A stretch of 63,603 bases of DNA, filler included, from Octopus bimaculoides (GCF_001194135.2; 6 parts of 6 records of this genome joined end to end with filler, not necessarily neighbours in it); one strand, 5' to 3'. Positions 36,781 to 50,685 are shown, numbered from the whole stretch's first letter. Numbers and translations are program-made. The notes: a model not told the origin generated them from the sequence alone.

Positions 36781-37335
36781 GAATGGTCATGAAAAAATGC
36801 CTTTTCTCAAATTCTGCTTAGCAAAGCTCGCTGACACTATGCACAAATGGGAGAAATTATAAATTTATCGTACAGTAAATTATAACAATGCGAATTAATG
36901 CGCAATCCGAATAATGAATTCAAAATATTTTGGATTATATATTGACATCTTTAAATATTTTAACAGCATGTTCACACAACCAAATATACGCGTTTAAGTA
37001 GAAAGAATAAAACGAAATAATATATGCACATTTTTTTTTCCGTTTCCAGTTTTTATTTGGCAATTTCTACACTTCTCTCCTTTTCAAATACTTTTAAACA
37101 ACAACGTGAGAAATTTTCTTCCAAAAGTAACAAATTTAACATCGTATTTAATACCAAAAGAAAAAAAAATAACAGTCCTTTTTTAACAAGAAGATATGTA
37201 AATGGCGGACAAACATTTCTCGTCTGACGCAGTCAAGACACACTAGCAAAGGATCCCGCCCTAAATGACTGTATAGCCACGTACCTCAGATACCAATCCT
37301 AATATTTAAACAAACATCGTTTCAAATAGAGAAAT

Positions 37336-37337
<2 letters not shown>

Positions 37338-37393
<56 letters not shown>

Positions 37394-37414
37394 CTACAAT
37401 TATCATTATTGTTA

Positions 37415-37502
<88 letters not shown>

Positions 37503-37528
37503 CATTATTGTTATTATCATTATTGTTA

Positions 37529-37601
<73 letters not shown>
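37338..37601. repeat. Head-to-head (AAT)n and (ATT)n microsatellites
   Basis: Direct reading. Confidence 0.96.
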
Positions 37602-37603
<2 letters not shown>

Positions 37604-38506
37604 TTACAAACATAACCGAGAAAATAATTATCATAGTGACGGTTCTAATTGTAATGATGAGGATGATTTCTTCAAAAAACAAGAAGCCTAAAATTTATTA
37701 AGTTGTGGGAATGTGACTTTGTAATGCTTATGTTTTTTTATGACAGTAGTGAAATCAGACAACCCACAATAAAAAATGAAATGCTGAATTGCGCTTCACC
37801 GGAAGCATGCATGGAATCAATGGTGCTTGTCATATTTGCTCATATCAATGATTCTTCTGTTTTAACCTACACTTAGAATATATTAGAAAACGAAAGTGGA
37901 ACATAAGCATGTCAATTCACTATCTAATGAACATTGTCAATGTAAATGAAGTAAAACTGCAACAATCGGACATGGAAAAAAGCATGCTTTGATCTCGATT
38001 CAGCAATTAGTTTATATCATCCATACAAAATATATTAAGGCAAACACGAAAAAATATAATCTTAAGAAGAGAATGTACATTAAACATACTCTTACGCTAT
38101 ATAATGGCGTATACGTATACATACATGAAGTCTGTGTGTGCTACTGTGTATTATGATTTTTATATATTATAATTAGAATTTCAGTGTGTAACTTTATTTC
38201 AATAAATGTATAAGTACGTGTTGTGTATGTCTACGGATAAAAGTCTGTCATCTTTCTGTTTTACATAATGTTTCTACTGGGAGTATTGTACTTTATAATG
38301 TAATCTGTTGACTTGGGGCATAGGCCTTCCAGCGTGTAGGTACTAAATTGTTACTGAAGTTAAATTTTGAGCGAACGAAGTGCTTGGCCAAACAAAAGAT
38401 TTCTGAGCAATTAAAGAGATGAGTTTGACGCTAGTATTATGGTAAAACTCATCGCTTTAAAACTTATATCTATAACTATCTATCTATCTATCTATCGATC
38501 TACCTA

Positions 38507-38543
<37 letters not shown>

Positions 38544-38553
38544 NNNNNNNNNN

Positions 38554-38587
<34 letters not shown>

Positions 38588-39164
38588 TGCATGTATGCAT
38601 CTATGTATATGTCGACTTGCATGCATACATACGCATACATACATATATATACATACATATACGCACACACGCACGCACACACACATATACACATAATATA
38701 GTCAGCAGATGAGATCCAGAAATTCTCGGCATAGAAAACATTTTGTAGCGCTCAAATAATTTGAACTAAGACTCAGGTGTATTTACGAGGGACCAATTCT
38801 GCGGGCTGAAGAGTGGCTATGAGAGGAATCCGGGTGAACAGATATGGTGACGATTATGCGGATCAGGAAATTAAATATATATACATATGAATATGTATGT
38901 ATGTATGTACGTATGTATGTATGTATGTATGTGTGTATGCATGCATGTAGGTATATGTGTATGTATGTATGTATGTACGTATATATATATATATATGCTA
39001 GCTTCAATGCTGCACTCCCTGCGGACTTTTATGCTGGCTCCTGCGGAGGGCTAACTGTTCAAGCGGCCCAAAACTGAATAGAGTTAATAATAAAGCATTT
39101 ATTGTTAACCAACAATATGGAATTACTTTAATAGAAGTTATGTGAGTGTGTGTTTATTTGTGTG

Positions 39165-39330
39165 TGTGTGTGTGTACTGTGACTTGATAAATGGTGTTGC
39201 TGTGTTTGCGTTCGTGTAGCTTAGCAGTTCGGTAAACTAGGCCAACAAACATGAAAGAAATGGTGTCGATTTGTTCCACAAAAATTCTTCAAGGCGGTGC
39301 CCCAGGGTGGCTGCAGTCTGAAGACAGGGA
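39165..39330 (+). mobile_element. SINE family C 3' part following (GT)n
   Basis: GTAGCTTAGCAGTTCGG...GTCGATTTGTTCCAC...CTTCAAGGCGGTGCCCCAGGGTGGCTGCAGTC. Confidence 0.65.
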
Positions 39331-39598
39331 AAATATAGAAGTATCACTAAACTCCTGAGTAAAACATAAAGCTAAGGGAGGTGACACTTCTGGCTCCCAC
39401 GGTTGCTTTACCTGATAAAAATAGCAACCCAAACGCTTTTAGATTAGATCCCAATATTAGATGTTCAAGAACCAAATGAAGGGCAGATATTCAATCGAGA
39501 GTCATCCTGATTCCTAAAAGATATATGTCTATATAGAGCAAATGTAGACTGAGACACTGGGGTCTTAGACAAGTAGAATTTCGCCTTTATTAATGCAT

Positions 39599-39705
<107 letters not shown>

Positions 39706-40482
39706 CATAAAATCAAAATAAGCAACAGGATATCAAGTAGTGATGCAATACGACTGTTTCCAGTAGCTCCATTTAATTGAGCATATATACATATACATAT
39801 ATATATATATATACTGGTTAGCAAACATCCACACAAGCACGAACAGAGAGAAGGACATTGTGACTGTACACATATGCGCGTTTACATTTTCAGTTGACGG
39901 ATTCAGTAACTTAACACCTTGAAAAAGTTTCCGCTTGTATGTTCATCACATCATTGTTTTTACCATTAGAAAGTTCTAATGGTGGGAGGAGCTGGAATTA
40001 TTAAAATCCTTCACTACGAATATTATAATTTATAATTTTGTCGTATTACTCTGTTTATAAAAATGTCAATCTCTTATCAGACAATTGAAGCTTGCTAGGA
40101 AACAGCGTAATGTATCAATTGTATACATCAAATTTATTTTAACTTGAACCAAAACATTATATGTAGTTTGTCCAATGCGTGCTGACGCGCACATTAATGA
40201 TGCTGAAGTTAGCTTTTGCATTGCAAACGATTCCTCAATTCATCATTCTTGATAAACGTTTCGAGAGTAAATGGACTTCAATGATAACAGAAAATAAAAC
40301 GACGTTACAACATTATCTATATCGATACATCATTACCACCAGAGAAACTTTATATGTATACATATAAATATATATGTGTATATATTTCGTTCTGAGATCT
40401 AGTTTGCAAGATTCTCTATGTATGTTCGTGTATTGAAGCATATTCTGGTGTGTCTGGTGAGGACATTCTCTTTTAGTACCTT

Positions 40483-40661
40483 ATAATTTGACACACTCAC
40501 CGGTAAAATTTCCACTCATTTTCTTATTTATTTTTCTGAAATTTTCGTTGCGTCTTGCAACATTTTCAATAGTTATTGAAACGGTTGCAAAACACAGCGT
40601 AAATTATGGAAAAATAATAAGTGATTCAGTGGAAATTTTACCGGTATGTGTGTTAAATTAT
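40483..40661. repeat. Imperfect 179-bp fold-back (MITE-like) element
   Basis: Perfect 18-bp inverted pair ACCGGTAAAATTTCCACT (40499-40516)/AGTGGAAATTTTACCGGT (40628-40645); symmetric termini and central TTCAATA-GT-TATTGAA. Confidence 0.8.
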
Positions 40662-40796
40662 GAAGCACTAAAAGAGAATGACTCTCTCCAGACACAAAAG
40701 AATATGTATATATATATATATATATATATNNNNNNNNNNNNNNNNNNNNNNNNNNNNNNNNNNNNNNNNNNNNNNNNNNNNNNNNNNNNNNNNNNN

Positions 40797-40837
<41 letters not shown>

Positions 40838-41144
40838 TATATACATATATATGTGTATGTATATGCATGCACGTACGTATGTAAGTATGTATCAATGTAC
40901 CTGTATGCATGCATCTATGTATATTACGAAGTGTGGATAACTTCGTTACTCGTGTTCCGGGCAATTTCTCAGTTTAGATAAATGCGTAAATACATTCCAC
41001 TCGATATATTGACTCCATATTGGTACATTTGTTAAAGCCCTTCTTTAATGTACAGGTCTTCAGTGTCATGCCTCATAGTATCTTCCCTGCATAACAGTCG
41101 CACTGCAGTGCAGCAGAGTGGCATGTGTCGCCTATGTAAAGTTG

Positions 41145-41459
41145 GAATTGAATAGAAATCGTCTTAGTCCCTTGTGGAGCACAGGGCTGGTTTCCCGGTT
41201 TCCATGGCGAATGCGTTCCCCTCTAGCTGGACGGGACGCCAGCCCAACGCAGCTTTTTACTCAAGAAACAGGAAGAAAGAGTGAGAGAAAGTTGTGGCGG
41301 AAGAGTACAACTGCTGTCGCCACCAACCCCTGCCGGAGCCTCGTGCAGCTTTTAGGTGTTTTCGCTCAATAAACACACACAACGCCGGGTCTGGGAATCG
41401 AAACAGCGATCCTCCGACCGCGAGTCCGCTGCCCTAACCACTGGACCATTGCACCTCCA
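41145..41459 (-). mobile_element. Full-length tRNA-derived SINE (family E) flanked by a 14-bp target-site duplication
   Basis: CCTATGTAAAGTTG at 41131-41144 and 41460-41473; minus-strand head TGGAGGTGCAATGGTCCAGTGGTTAGGGCAGCGGACTCGCGGTCGGAGGATCGCTGTTTCGATTCCC with A and B boxes. Confidence 0.93.
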
Positions 41460-42349
41460 CCTATGTAAAGTTGATGCTGATAAAATATTTGTCCGCTGCT
41501 TCTCAGACGTAAAATACTCGATCCTTTGTATATTTTACGTTTCTGCTTGCATATTGTTCTAAGGTGTGGCTAGGAAATTTAACTCACTTGTATAGGTCAT
41601 TACGAGAGAAGCAAATGAAGAGAATGCAGCTTAGTTTGATCGTGGAGCCAGGTACACATATTTGTTTTAAATAAATTTTTGTATCTCTATTACTATGTAT
41701 ACAATTATAGTATACATAGCAATTATATACTTAATATGATAGCATGTTGTATGATTTCTGTAATTGTAAATCATATTTCCGAAATCTCTAATACATAAAC
41801 CTATTACATACTTGCGTATATTTATGCTTGTTCCTTTTTAATGAAGTATTCTATAACTTGTATATGTATCCATCTGCTGGTATAGTGGAGGTATCCAGGA
41901 ACAGATTTTTAATGAAAATATTTGAAACATTTCGTTCATTTGACAGGATTCCCTTTACTAACGTTAGCATTCACAATTTCAACCTTGTAGACAAAGAAAT
42001 ATGAATATAATTTCTTCTACTTTATATGTTGTGTACTTTTAAATTGCAATTATCTGTAAATTTATCTAGAAATTTATCACGCTTAAATAAGCACGTTGTT
42101 TTATTGAAAAGTTACTACGCCTCAGCAGGTGTCTCGTCTAAAAATACTTTACAATATATTGAAAGATTAAGATTTATGCAATATATAAAAGACATCATTA
42201 TATACTGTACTCAATTATTATAAATTATTTTCAGAAAGCAAGTTCATAAATCATTCAGCTGATATTGTCTGATTATCTTAAGATAGGAGGTATTCTCTTT
42301 CATTCGAATTAAAAAGACATAGAATCATTTACACATATTCCATCCTAAT

Positions 42350-42560
42350 ATATGCACAAGGTCTAACATTTGTGGTAAAGAGGCAAGACAATTACATCGA
42401 CCCCCAGTACTCAACTGGTACTTATTTTATCGACTCCGAAGGGATGAACGGCAAAGTCGACCTCTCCATTATTTGAGCTCAGAACACAAAGACAGATGAA
42501 AATGCAACTAAGTATATATTTTCCAGTATGTTAATAATTTTGACAGCTCACCACCTTAGA
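42350..42560 (-). mobile_element. SINE family A, near full length
   Basis: TTACATCGACCCCCAGTACTCAACTGGTACTTATTTTATCGACTCCGAAGGGATGAACGGCAAAGTCGACCTC...TGACAGCTCACCACCTTA. Confidence 0.85.
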
Positions 42561-42778
42561 ACCATTTACAGGTGATGTATTTCATTGTATCTTGTGAAAG
42601 TTCAGAGTTTAATTCGATACTCGAGTATTACATCGTTTCCCGACAGGACATTGAGACTAACATTAAATCCTGTAAACAAATGTGAAGCAAAGTGATTGAA
42701 ATCTCTCATCTAAACAAGGCGATCGATAATTTAAACGGCAGCAAAACCATTCAGAAATTAAATAACACTAACATATTT

Positions 42779-42812
<34 letters not shown>

Positions 42813-43235
42813 NNNNNNNNNNNNNNNNNNNNNNNNNNNNNNNNNNNNNNNNNNNNNNNNNNNNNNNNNNNNNNNNNNNNNNNNNNNNNNNNNNNNNNNN
42901 NNNNNNNNNNNNNNNNNNNNNNNNNNNNNTATATATAGATATATATATATTACATATTATACATACATATTAATACTTTACAGTATACATATATACATAC
43001 ATCTATACATCAATCTAAAACAACACGAATACTACTGGAAGGGTGGGACTTAAGAGAAAAGAAAACCAAAAGGTCTCAAGTTATTCATTTAAAAATTCCT
43101 GAGTAGAACTTATTATTATTACCCTCGCCTTGAAAGTATTTTGAATGATGAATTTGTTAACTTTGGCTTGTATTAGATGAGGATTAATTATTTATTACTG
43201 TAACTAAATTTTCTACAGCCGAATTTTTTACTTAA

Positions 43236-43314
43236 TTTTTGAGAGCGGTCGATTTCTTTATTAGTATTCTCCTTTTTGAGAGCAGTCGAATTTATTTCAA
43301 ATATTCTCATTTTT
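43236..43314. repeat. Two ~37-bp tandem units (TTTTTGAGAGCRGTCGA...TATTCTC)
   Basis: Units start at 43236 and 43273. Confidence 0.75.
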
Positions 43315-43389
43315 AAAAATAATCCCTAGCTAATCGTTGAGAGGACGTTGGTGTTACCTTGGTAGAGGTTTGCGCTCTCAGAGTGCTCT

Positions 43390-43424
43390 TGTTATTATTA
43401 TTATTATCATTATTATTATTATTA

Positions 43425-43481
<57 letters not shown>

Positions 43482-43660
43482 GTGCTGTTTTGTCACGGAT
43501 TATATAGGCTTTCAAATTAGAGATAACAGCAGCAATGTTAGGAGCAACGCTGGAAGCAGTAACAGAATTATTTCTAGTAGTAGTAGTAGTAGTAGTAGTA
43601 GTAGCAGTAGTAGTAGTAGTTGTTATTGTTGTTGTTGTTGTTGTAGTATTAGTAGTAGTA
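43390..43660. repeat. (ATT)n and (GTA)n/(GTT)n microsatellites
   Basis: Direct reading. Confidence 0.95.
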
Positions 43661-43939
43661 AAGAACAAATCCCATGAAACGAACTGGCGTTATGAAAACT
43701 AACGCTAAATTTCCTCTGTGACTGAAACATCGATTAGAAAGTACAAGTTACGACAAAGTTTAAGTACAGTAGTACAGAAAATAAAACAAAATAAAAATAT
43801 GGAGGGACTGAATTCCGTTCACAGATATTAAGCACATCTGCAAACATCACACATTCACAAATATATATATGTATATAAATAACCAAACGAAGTTTGCTTT
43901 TAGAAGTGTTGAGATGTCTTTTAGAAAGTTAAAGAAGTG

Positions 43940-44117
43940 ATTTTAAATTCTCAATCGCAGAATAATGCTAATAATATAGCCTGAATAGGATAAACTATCC
44001 CTATTTTGCAGAGAAAAGTGTAGGTGGCTAGCTGTACACTTTTCTCTGCAAAATAGGGATAGTTTATCCTGTTCAGGCTATATTATTAGCATTATTCTGC
44101 GATTGAGAATTTAAAAT
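43940..44117. repeat. Near-perfect inverted repeat: 83-bp arms, 12-nt spacer, one mismatch
   Basis: 43940-44022 is the reverse complement of 44035-44117 except T43986 opposite G44071. Confidence 0.97.
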
Positions 44118-44815
44118 TATATATNNNNNNNNNNNNNNNNNNNNNNNNNNNNNNNNNNNNNNNNNNNNNNNNNNNNNNNNNATATATATATGTGTGTGTG
44201 TGTGTGTGTGTATGCGTGTGTGTGTGTGTGTGTATGTGTGTGTGTGTGTGCGTGTGTGTATACATACGCATATATACATACATACACACATACATACACA
44301 CATGCATATGTATTCTTATATACACACATATAATCATATACGTGTGTGGGTGTATGAATGTATAGAAGATTCTTGTGTGTGACTGAAAATGTAAATCTAT
44401 ATTTACACCATAATGTCACTTGCAAACAGTATTGGCAAGCAAGTACACTACTTTCGTCATTTGCTAGTGACACTTATAGCGTCGCAAGCAGACATCGATC
44501 TAATGTTGTAACTCATTTCTGTCATATCGGCTTCCATATACAATTTATAATATCATGTGGTTAATATATTCCTTTTTCCGGATTAAATTTACATTTCTTA
44601 ACGTCTGATTTTATAAGCATGTGAACTTTACTTTATATATTTTAATGTATGTCATTTACTACAATATATTTCAAATCGATCAAATAGGATCACTCATGCT
44701 TGTATAAGCTGTATAAAACTGAGTACTTGTGTACTGCATATCATTTTATACATTCATACACATATGTAATATATGTGTATACCCATATAATATATATGTA
44801 TGCATACATACAAAG

Positions 44816-44951
<136 letters not shown>

Positions 44952-45069
44952 CATGTCAATTTAGTTATATAGCAGTTAACTTCACCCAGAACAAGTATAC
45001 CAAATGTTTTTTGACTTCTTAGACGCGAAACCAGTAGCATTTGTGGTGTGGATTATCCGATACTATTGA

Positions 45070-45220
45070 CACTGATACGTGATACTAATTTATTTCATCC
45101 ACATTGCGAAGATGAAAAATTGAAGTCGATATCGGCAGGCGTTGAAACGTGGACATCAAGAAATGAAAGAAATATTATATTAAAACATAACCACAGAATT
45201 GCGAAATATTTTAAGACTTT
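45070..45220 (-). mobile_element. Degenerate SINE family A fragment
   Basis: GAAGATGAAAAATTGAAGTCGATATCGGCAGGCGTTGAAACG resembles the family A body. Confidence 0.45.
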
Positions 45221-45294
45221 GGAAGGACAACGTACAAAATTATTATATATGAAGTGTAATATGAACAACAGCAACAATGACAACAATGATATTT

Positions 45295-45355
<61 letters not shown>

Positions 45356-45690
45356 TAATAATAGTTATAATAAGAAGAATATCAGTAACACTTCAATACT
45401 CTAATGATTTCTTATGTACAATAAACATTAGGTGTAATTTAAATGTTCGCAGTTACTGTTGCATGTATGAAATTTTAACTTATTCGAAAAAGAATATATT
45501 TAAGAGCTGAAAATTATATGTTGCTATTGTTATCATCAACATCATCATCATCATCATCATCGTCGTTGTCGTCATCGTCGTCGTCATCATCAACATCATC
45601 ATCAATATCATCATCAATATCATCATCATCATCATTAGTATATTATTATTATTATCATTATCATTATTATTATCATCATCATCATAGAAT
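45295..45690. repeat. (AAT)n and (CAT)n/(ATT)n microsatellites
   Basis: Direct reading. Confidence 0.93.
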
Positions 45691-46725
45691 GAAATCTATT
45701 TTAGAATAAGTCGTTTATGTTGGGTTTTCATGTGCTCATTAATCATATCATTCATAATTTTTCGTTTTTTTTTCTTTATTAGAAAAAGACATGACGCAAT
45801 AACTTCAGATACTAAATTCATTGTAAGTGTGACAATATGAACTCTTTCTACTTCAAGAGTTTCAACACAACGAGATAAATTTTCAGGTCGAATAGTTAAA
45901 AAAATAAAATGCACAACAGACAACCAAATTCGATACAGCAAATTGAGACACAACCGAAATTTCACATGCAAACATGTGTAGACAAACGCGCACACTCACA
46001 GGTATATACATATAAATCATATGGGTATATGTATATATACATCGGGATATATATGTGTGTATGTAAGTATATGTGCGTATGTATAAATACATAAACCATG
46101 CAGAGATAAACTGAGGCTAGTCAGCGCATTTTTCATCAAGTGCAATTTGTTTCCATCCAAAGTCGTCTTAACTTTGTCTTGTCATTGTACTGAAGATGCT
46201 CGCGGACAAGTCAGTGAGGCAGACAATGCGCAACTCCTCTTCACCTTAAACAAAATTACTGCGCATGACATCATTCATACATAACGACGACTGCATGATC
46301 TTCGTCTCTCGCACGGAGGAGCGTATAATACATATATATTGGTATATATGCGTGTGCGCATGTGCGTGTGTTTGTGGTGTATATGTTTACCTGTATATGT
46401 GCATATAAAGGCATATACACATACGTATACTGATATGTATAAATATACATACACGTATACATATAAATATACATATATGTATATAGACACAGACACACAC
46501 ACATATATATATATGTATGTATATATAGGTAAGCATATGGATATGTATATACACGCTTATATGTATATATATATANNNNNNNNNNNNNNNNNNNNNNNNN
46601 NNNNNNNNNNNNNNNNNNNTTAATTAATTAANNNNNNNNNNNNNNNNNNNNNNNNNNNNNNNNNNNNNNNNNNNNGGTAGTGGTTCTTCTAAAAGTATAT
46701 TTGCATTGTAATTAACGAAAGAATA

Positions 46726-46929
46726 TACGAGGGACTGCTGAAAAGTTCTTTGCTTTAGGGGTATCGCGAAACGCGTGGCTAGTGTCCCAACCTTTCGAGT
46801 TGTTTTACAGGCACTAGACAAATTGAAGGACCGCTGTGTGTGAATCTCAGAGTGAATGAAATCATAATTAACTGCTCCTCCTCTATTTTCTTTTACCCAA
46901 AGCCAAGAACTTTACCTCACCCTCTTGTA
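46726..46929 (+). mobile_element. mariner-derived MITE/internal-deletion derivative with TIRs and TA ends
   Basis: Left TACGAGGGACTGCTGAAAAGTTCTTTGCTTT and right AAAGCCAAGAACTTTACCTCACCCTCTTGTA are imperfect inverted repeats; interior AAATTGAAGGACCGC..TGTGTGAATCTCAGAG resembles a mariner C-terminus. Confidence 0.75.
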
Positions 46930-48354
46930 TGTGTTAAACAATGTTCAATATAAAAACAATGTTAACCGTTGTTTTTTTTTTATCAGAAATTATATATATG
47001 ATATTACATTGAAAATAGTTTTGAGCCTTTTTCATTCATAAATTTCATTTCTGGAATTATTAGCAGCATCTTCCTGTCTTGTGGCGCCTGTCTACATGTG
47101 AGTATAAGCACACTATGGCAAATATTGTGAACCGTACAATAAACTAGACAAAATGATATTAATCAATTGTCATCTTAAAGGAATTACAATGAATTTGAAC
47201 TGAATAATTGTTCATGTTGAAGTAACTGAATTTATAGATATCACTTCATTTAGAAATAAGTCCACACATTTATAATTGAGTACAATGATATTCTATGAGG
47301 GTTAGAAATCTCAGGTTTCACCGAGCGAAATTTATTCTAAGTTATAATGTTCATATTTCCCATTTGTCAAAGGAAATAACTTTGTCTATTTTATTGATTT
47401 TAATTCATAATTTAGTCTGAGGGCATGAATCACTTATTGGATAATGCAATAGCTACAAGTAGGTATTTTGTATTTCATCACTAGTGCTACATTAATTGCA
47501 AGAGTCAATACTCTAATTTCTTAAAAGCGGAGTTCACATTCTTTTCAATAATAACCTTATGTTCTCAGAACCCTACCTACAGGTAGCAATAGGACAGTTC
47601 AATTCACAAATTAGGAATTGAGTCGGTGTATGAATTTCATACGCTGTATTTTAGATAAAAGGTATCCGAAACGAAATAGATTAAACTCTCTGTCAATTTC
47701 TAATCCGACAACATGCGTCTTGCTATTCCGATTTACATTTTTTCTTTACATTTTCATTATACGACAATCAAGGTATGAGAATGATATACTTTGCCTAAAT
47801 AGCAAAATGTAGGTGCTGAAACACATGCTGATTTGTCGGATATTGTAATCTGTACAAAAGAAACGTAAACTCTGCATATCTTTTAACACTGAAGTACGTA
47901 TGTACCTCAACAACACAGTCATAGCATGAAACGGAAATATTTCAAAGTGTTGCTTACTTTTCAGCAACTTATTGCAGTTAATCTAATTAAACTTCATATC
48001 GAAGCTGTAGAAGATATATGTAAATCAGTGAAATGACTGAAAATTGATTTCGTTGCTAATTAAACAAAATGTATGTGTGACAAATAAATGTGTAATATGA
48101 TATACTTATATCACACACATATTCTACTTTATTTTACTTTATATAACTGTGATGCAAGAATTAGATTAGCGAAATTAAGTAAATAAAATTGATAAAAAGA
48201 CAACAGATGACAAGACGCTTATGAAACCTCAATAAACACGTCATATTTCTGTAAGTATAGGCATAAGTTTGCATGAGAGCGAGAAAGAGAGAGAGCAAGA
48301 GAGAGAGAGAAAGATAGAGAGAAAGAGAGAGAGAAAGAGAGAGGGAGAGAGAGA

Positions 48355-48391
<37 letters not shown>

Positions 48392-49192
48392 AGAAGGAGC
48401 ATATCTAAATTGAATTTGAGGAGCATTTGATTTAAATTTTTGAAGTTAAAAAACTTGGACTAAATATTTTCAACAGATTCAAAGTGTGAAGAATTATTTG
48501 AAATTTCGAAATATATTTTATTAACAATTCATTCAAATAACCATGCTTGTTGCTTACATCATCATCACCGCAATTCTCCTCGTCGTATCACCATCATCAT
48601 TCTTATCACATATATTATGAAGACTTTTTGTACGCTTCCTACGGATCGAATTTATTTGTGCAAGGCCGCATGTCCGAATATTCAATTATTATAAGAAACG
48701 CCAAGAATTCAAATATGTCCTAGACGCATAGAACAGTAGGTGAAAAGCGAATTATTAAATAAAAAATTAAATTAGCTTCACTCTGAATAGAGATTGATAA
48801 AAAAATGTCTCGGACGACACGATAAGCTCATAGAATTTGTCCATCCACGGATTTAATCTAATTATAGAAAACACAAGAAGAACGAAATATCAATAGGAAT
48901 AGACTAATTACGTAAATAATTTGAACAGACATAAATTATTAAATTAGCAAGTTTATAGCTTGTACGATATGTAGAAAGTTGAACATTTATAAAACTGAAG
49001 TATGAGAATGTAAACGATGATTGAATAAATAAATGTGTTATGAAAGATATATAACGGTTACTGTAAGATATTCTCATCANNNNNNNNNNTGTATCGCTGA
49101 CAGTTAGTGACCCGGCGGACATCATAAAACTGCAGAAATACATAAATAAAATATACAAGTGGGAGAACAAAAATAATACGCAGTTCAATGTT

Positions 49193-49734
49193 ATGAAATT
49201 TCGGGAACTCCACTATCGGCCCAACACCAAGCTAAAATCGGAAAACACTGGACCAGAAAATAATACAATCCCAGAGTCGGCGTCGGTGCGTGACCTGGGA
49301 GTTCAGATGAGCAATGATGCAGCATTCCATGTGCATATTACCAAGGTGGCAAAACTGTGCAGGCGACTGGCTGGATGAATTCTGAGGACATTCAAAACCA
49401 GGAAAAAGAGGCCCTACTACTCATATGGATGGCTATCGTTCTCAGCCACTTGAACTACTGCTCCCAACTATGGCGCCCAGAGTGTGTGAAACAAACTGGA
49501 ACTCGAAGAAGATTGACTCGATGCAAAAGATGGACTACTGGTTGGGGTTGGGGGATAAAGGAGCTAAGTCTCTCTTCCCTGGATGGAAGACGAAAGAGAC
49601 ATGCGGTGATATATATTTGGAAGATCTTAGAGTATTTAGCTCCCAATTTTGTAGTTGAGAGCTATATTAATCACCGAACTGGACGGCACTGCATCTTACC
49701 AAAGATCTCGTGTTCCCATTCAAGAAAAATATGA
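49193..49734 (+). pseudogene. CR1-group LINE reverse transcriptase C-terminal remnant
   Basis: IPESASVRDLGVQMSNDAAFHVHITKVAKLCRRLAG/WILRTFKTR.KEALLLIW.AIVLSHLNYCSQLW and LSLSSLDGRRKRHAVIYIWKILE.LAPNF, with frameshifts. Confidence 0.88.
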
Positions 49735-49952
49735 ATTTGTCATATATTTAAATGGTTATCGTTTTTGAGCGTATACATTGCGCCTGTGGGTAGATATGTA
49801 TTTCGTAATCAATAATGATACTTAAATTATTTCTCCAAATATTTGAAGCTATTCAATTAATATTCAGTTTTTTTCAAAACCTCAGTCCAGCACTCTACGG
49901 ACTTAGAAATTGTATGTGTGTGTGAGTGTGTACCCATGTACGTATGTATAAC

Positions 49953-50016
<64 letters not shown>

Positions 50017-50062
50017 CCATCTTTCTCCCTCTATGTCCGTCTGTCACCCCTCTCTCTCTTTT

Positions 50063-50142
<80 letters not shown>

Positions 50143-50685
50143 CTCACACGCGCAGATACATTTATAAATATATATAAACACATGAATTTACACTTGTATG
50201 TGCAGATGCATATGTATAAACATATACATACACACACCCACACATACACACATACATGTGGAGATAGATAGATAGATAAATATAGATATACATATACACA
50301 TACACACATACGTATACGTTACATATTCATACATGGACACATATATATGCAAAATTTCTAAGTCCCCAAAAGGTTGACCTCAGTGTTTCAAAACTTTGAA
50401 TACTAATTAAATAGCTTCTGGTATTTGGAGAAATAATTTAAGTGTCATTAATATAATTGATATCAAAAGTTATATTTCTTATATGTCTGGAATGAATACA
50501 GTGGAACGCAGTATATATCTTCAATCCTTAAATATGAAAAATGGGTATCAGCAGATATTGCCACCCGTTAAATAGCTAATGTTTTCTTCCCGTCATTTCT
50601 ACAACTGTTATAAATCTATTTCAACTGTAATCCAATTTAATGTTATCCACCCCGTCGTAGTTGAAATACTCGTCCCTCTTGTTGT

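Noticed and set aside
41390-41459. tRNA gene call for the SINE head (and other A/B-box heads)
   Set aside because: No acceptor stem or complete cloverleaf; it is embedded in a TSD-flanked SINE.
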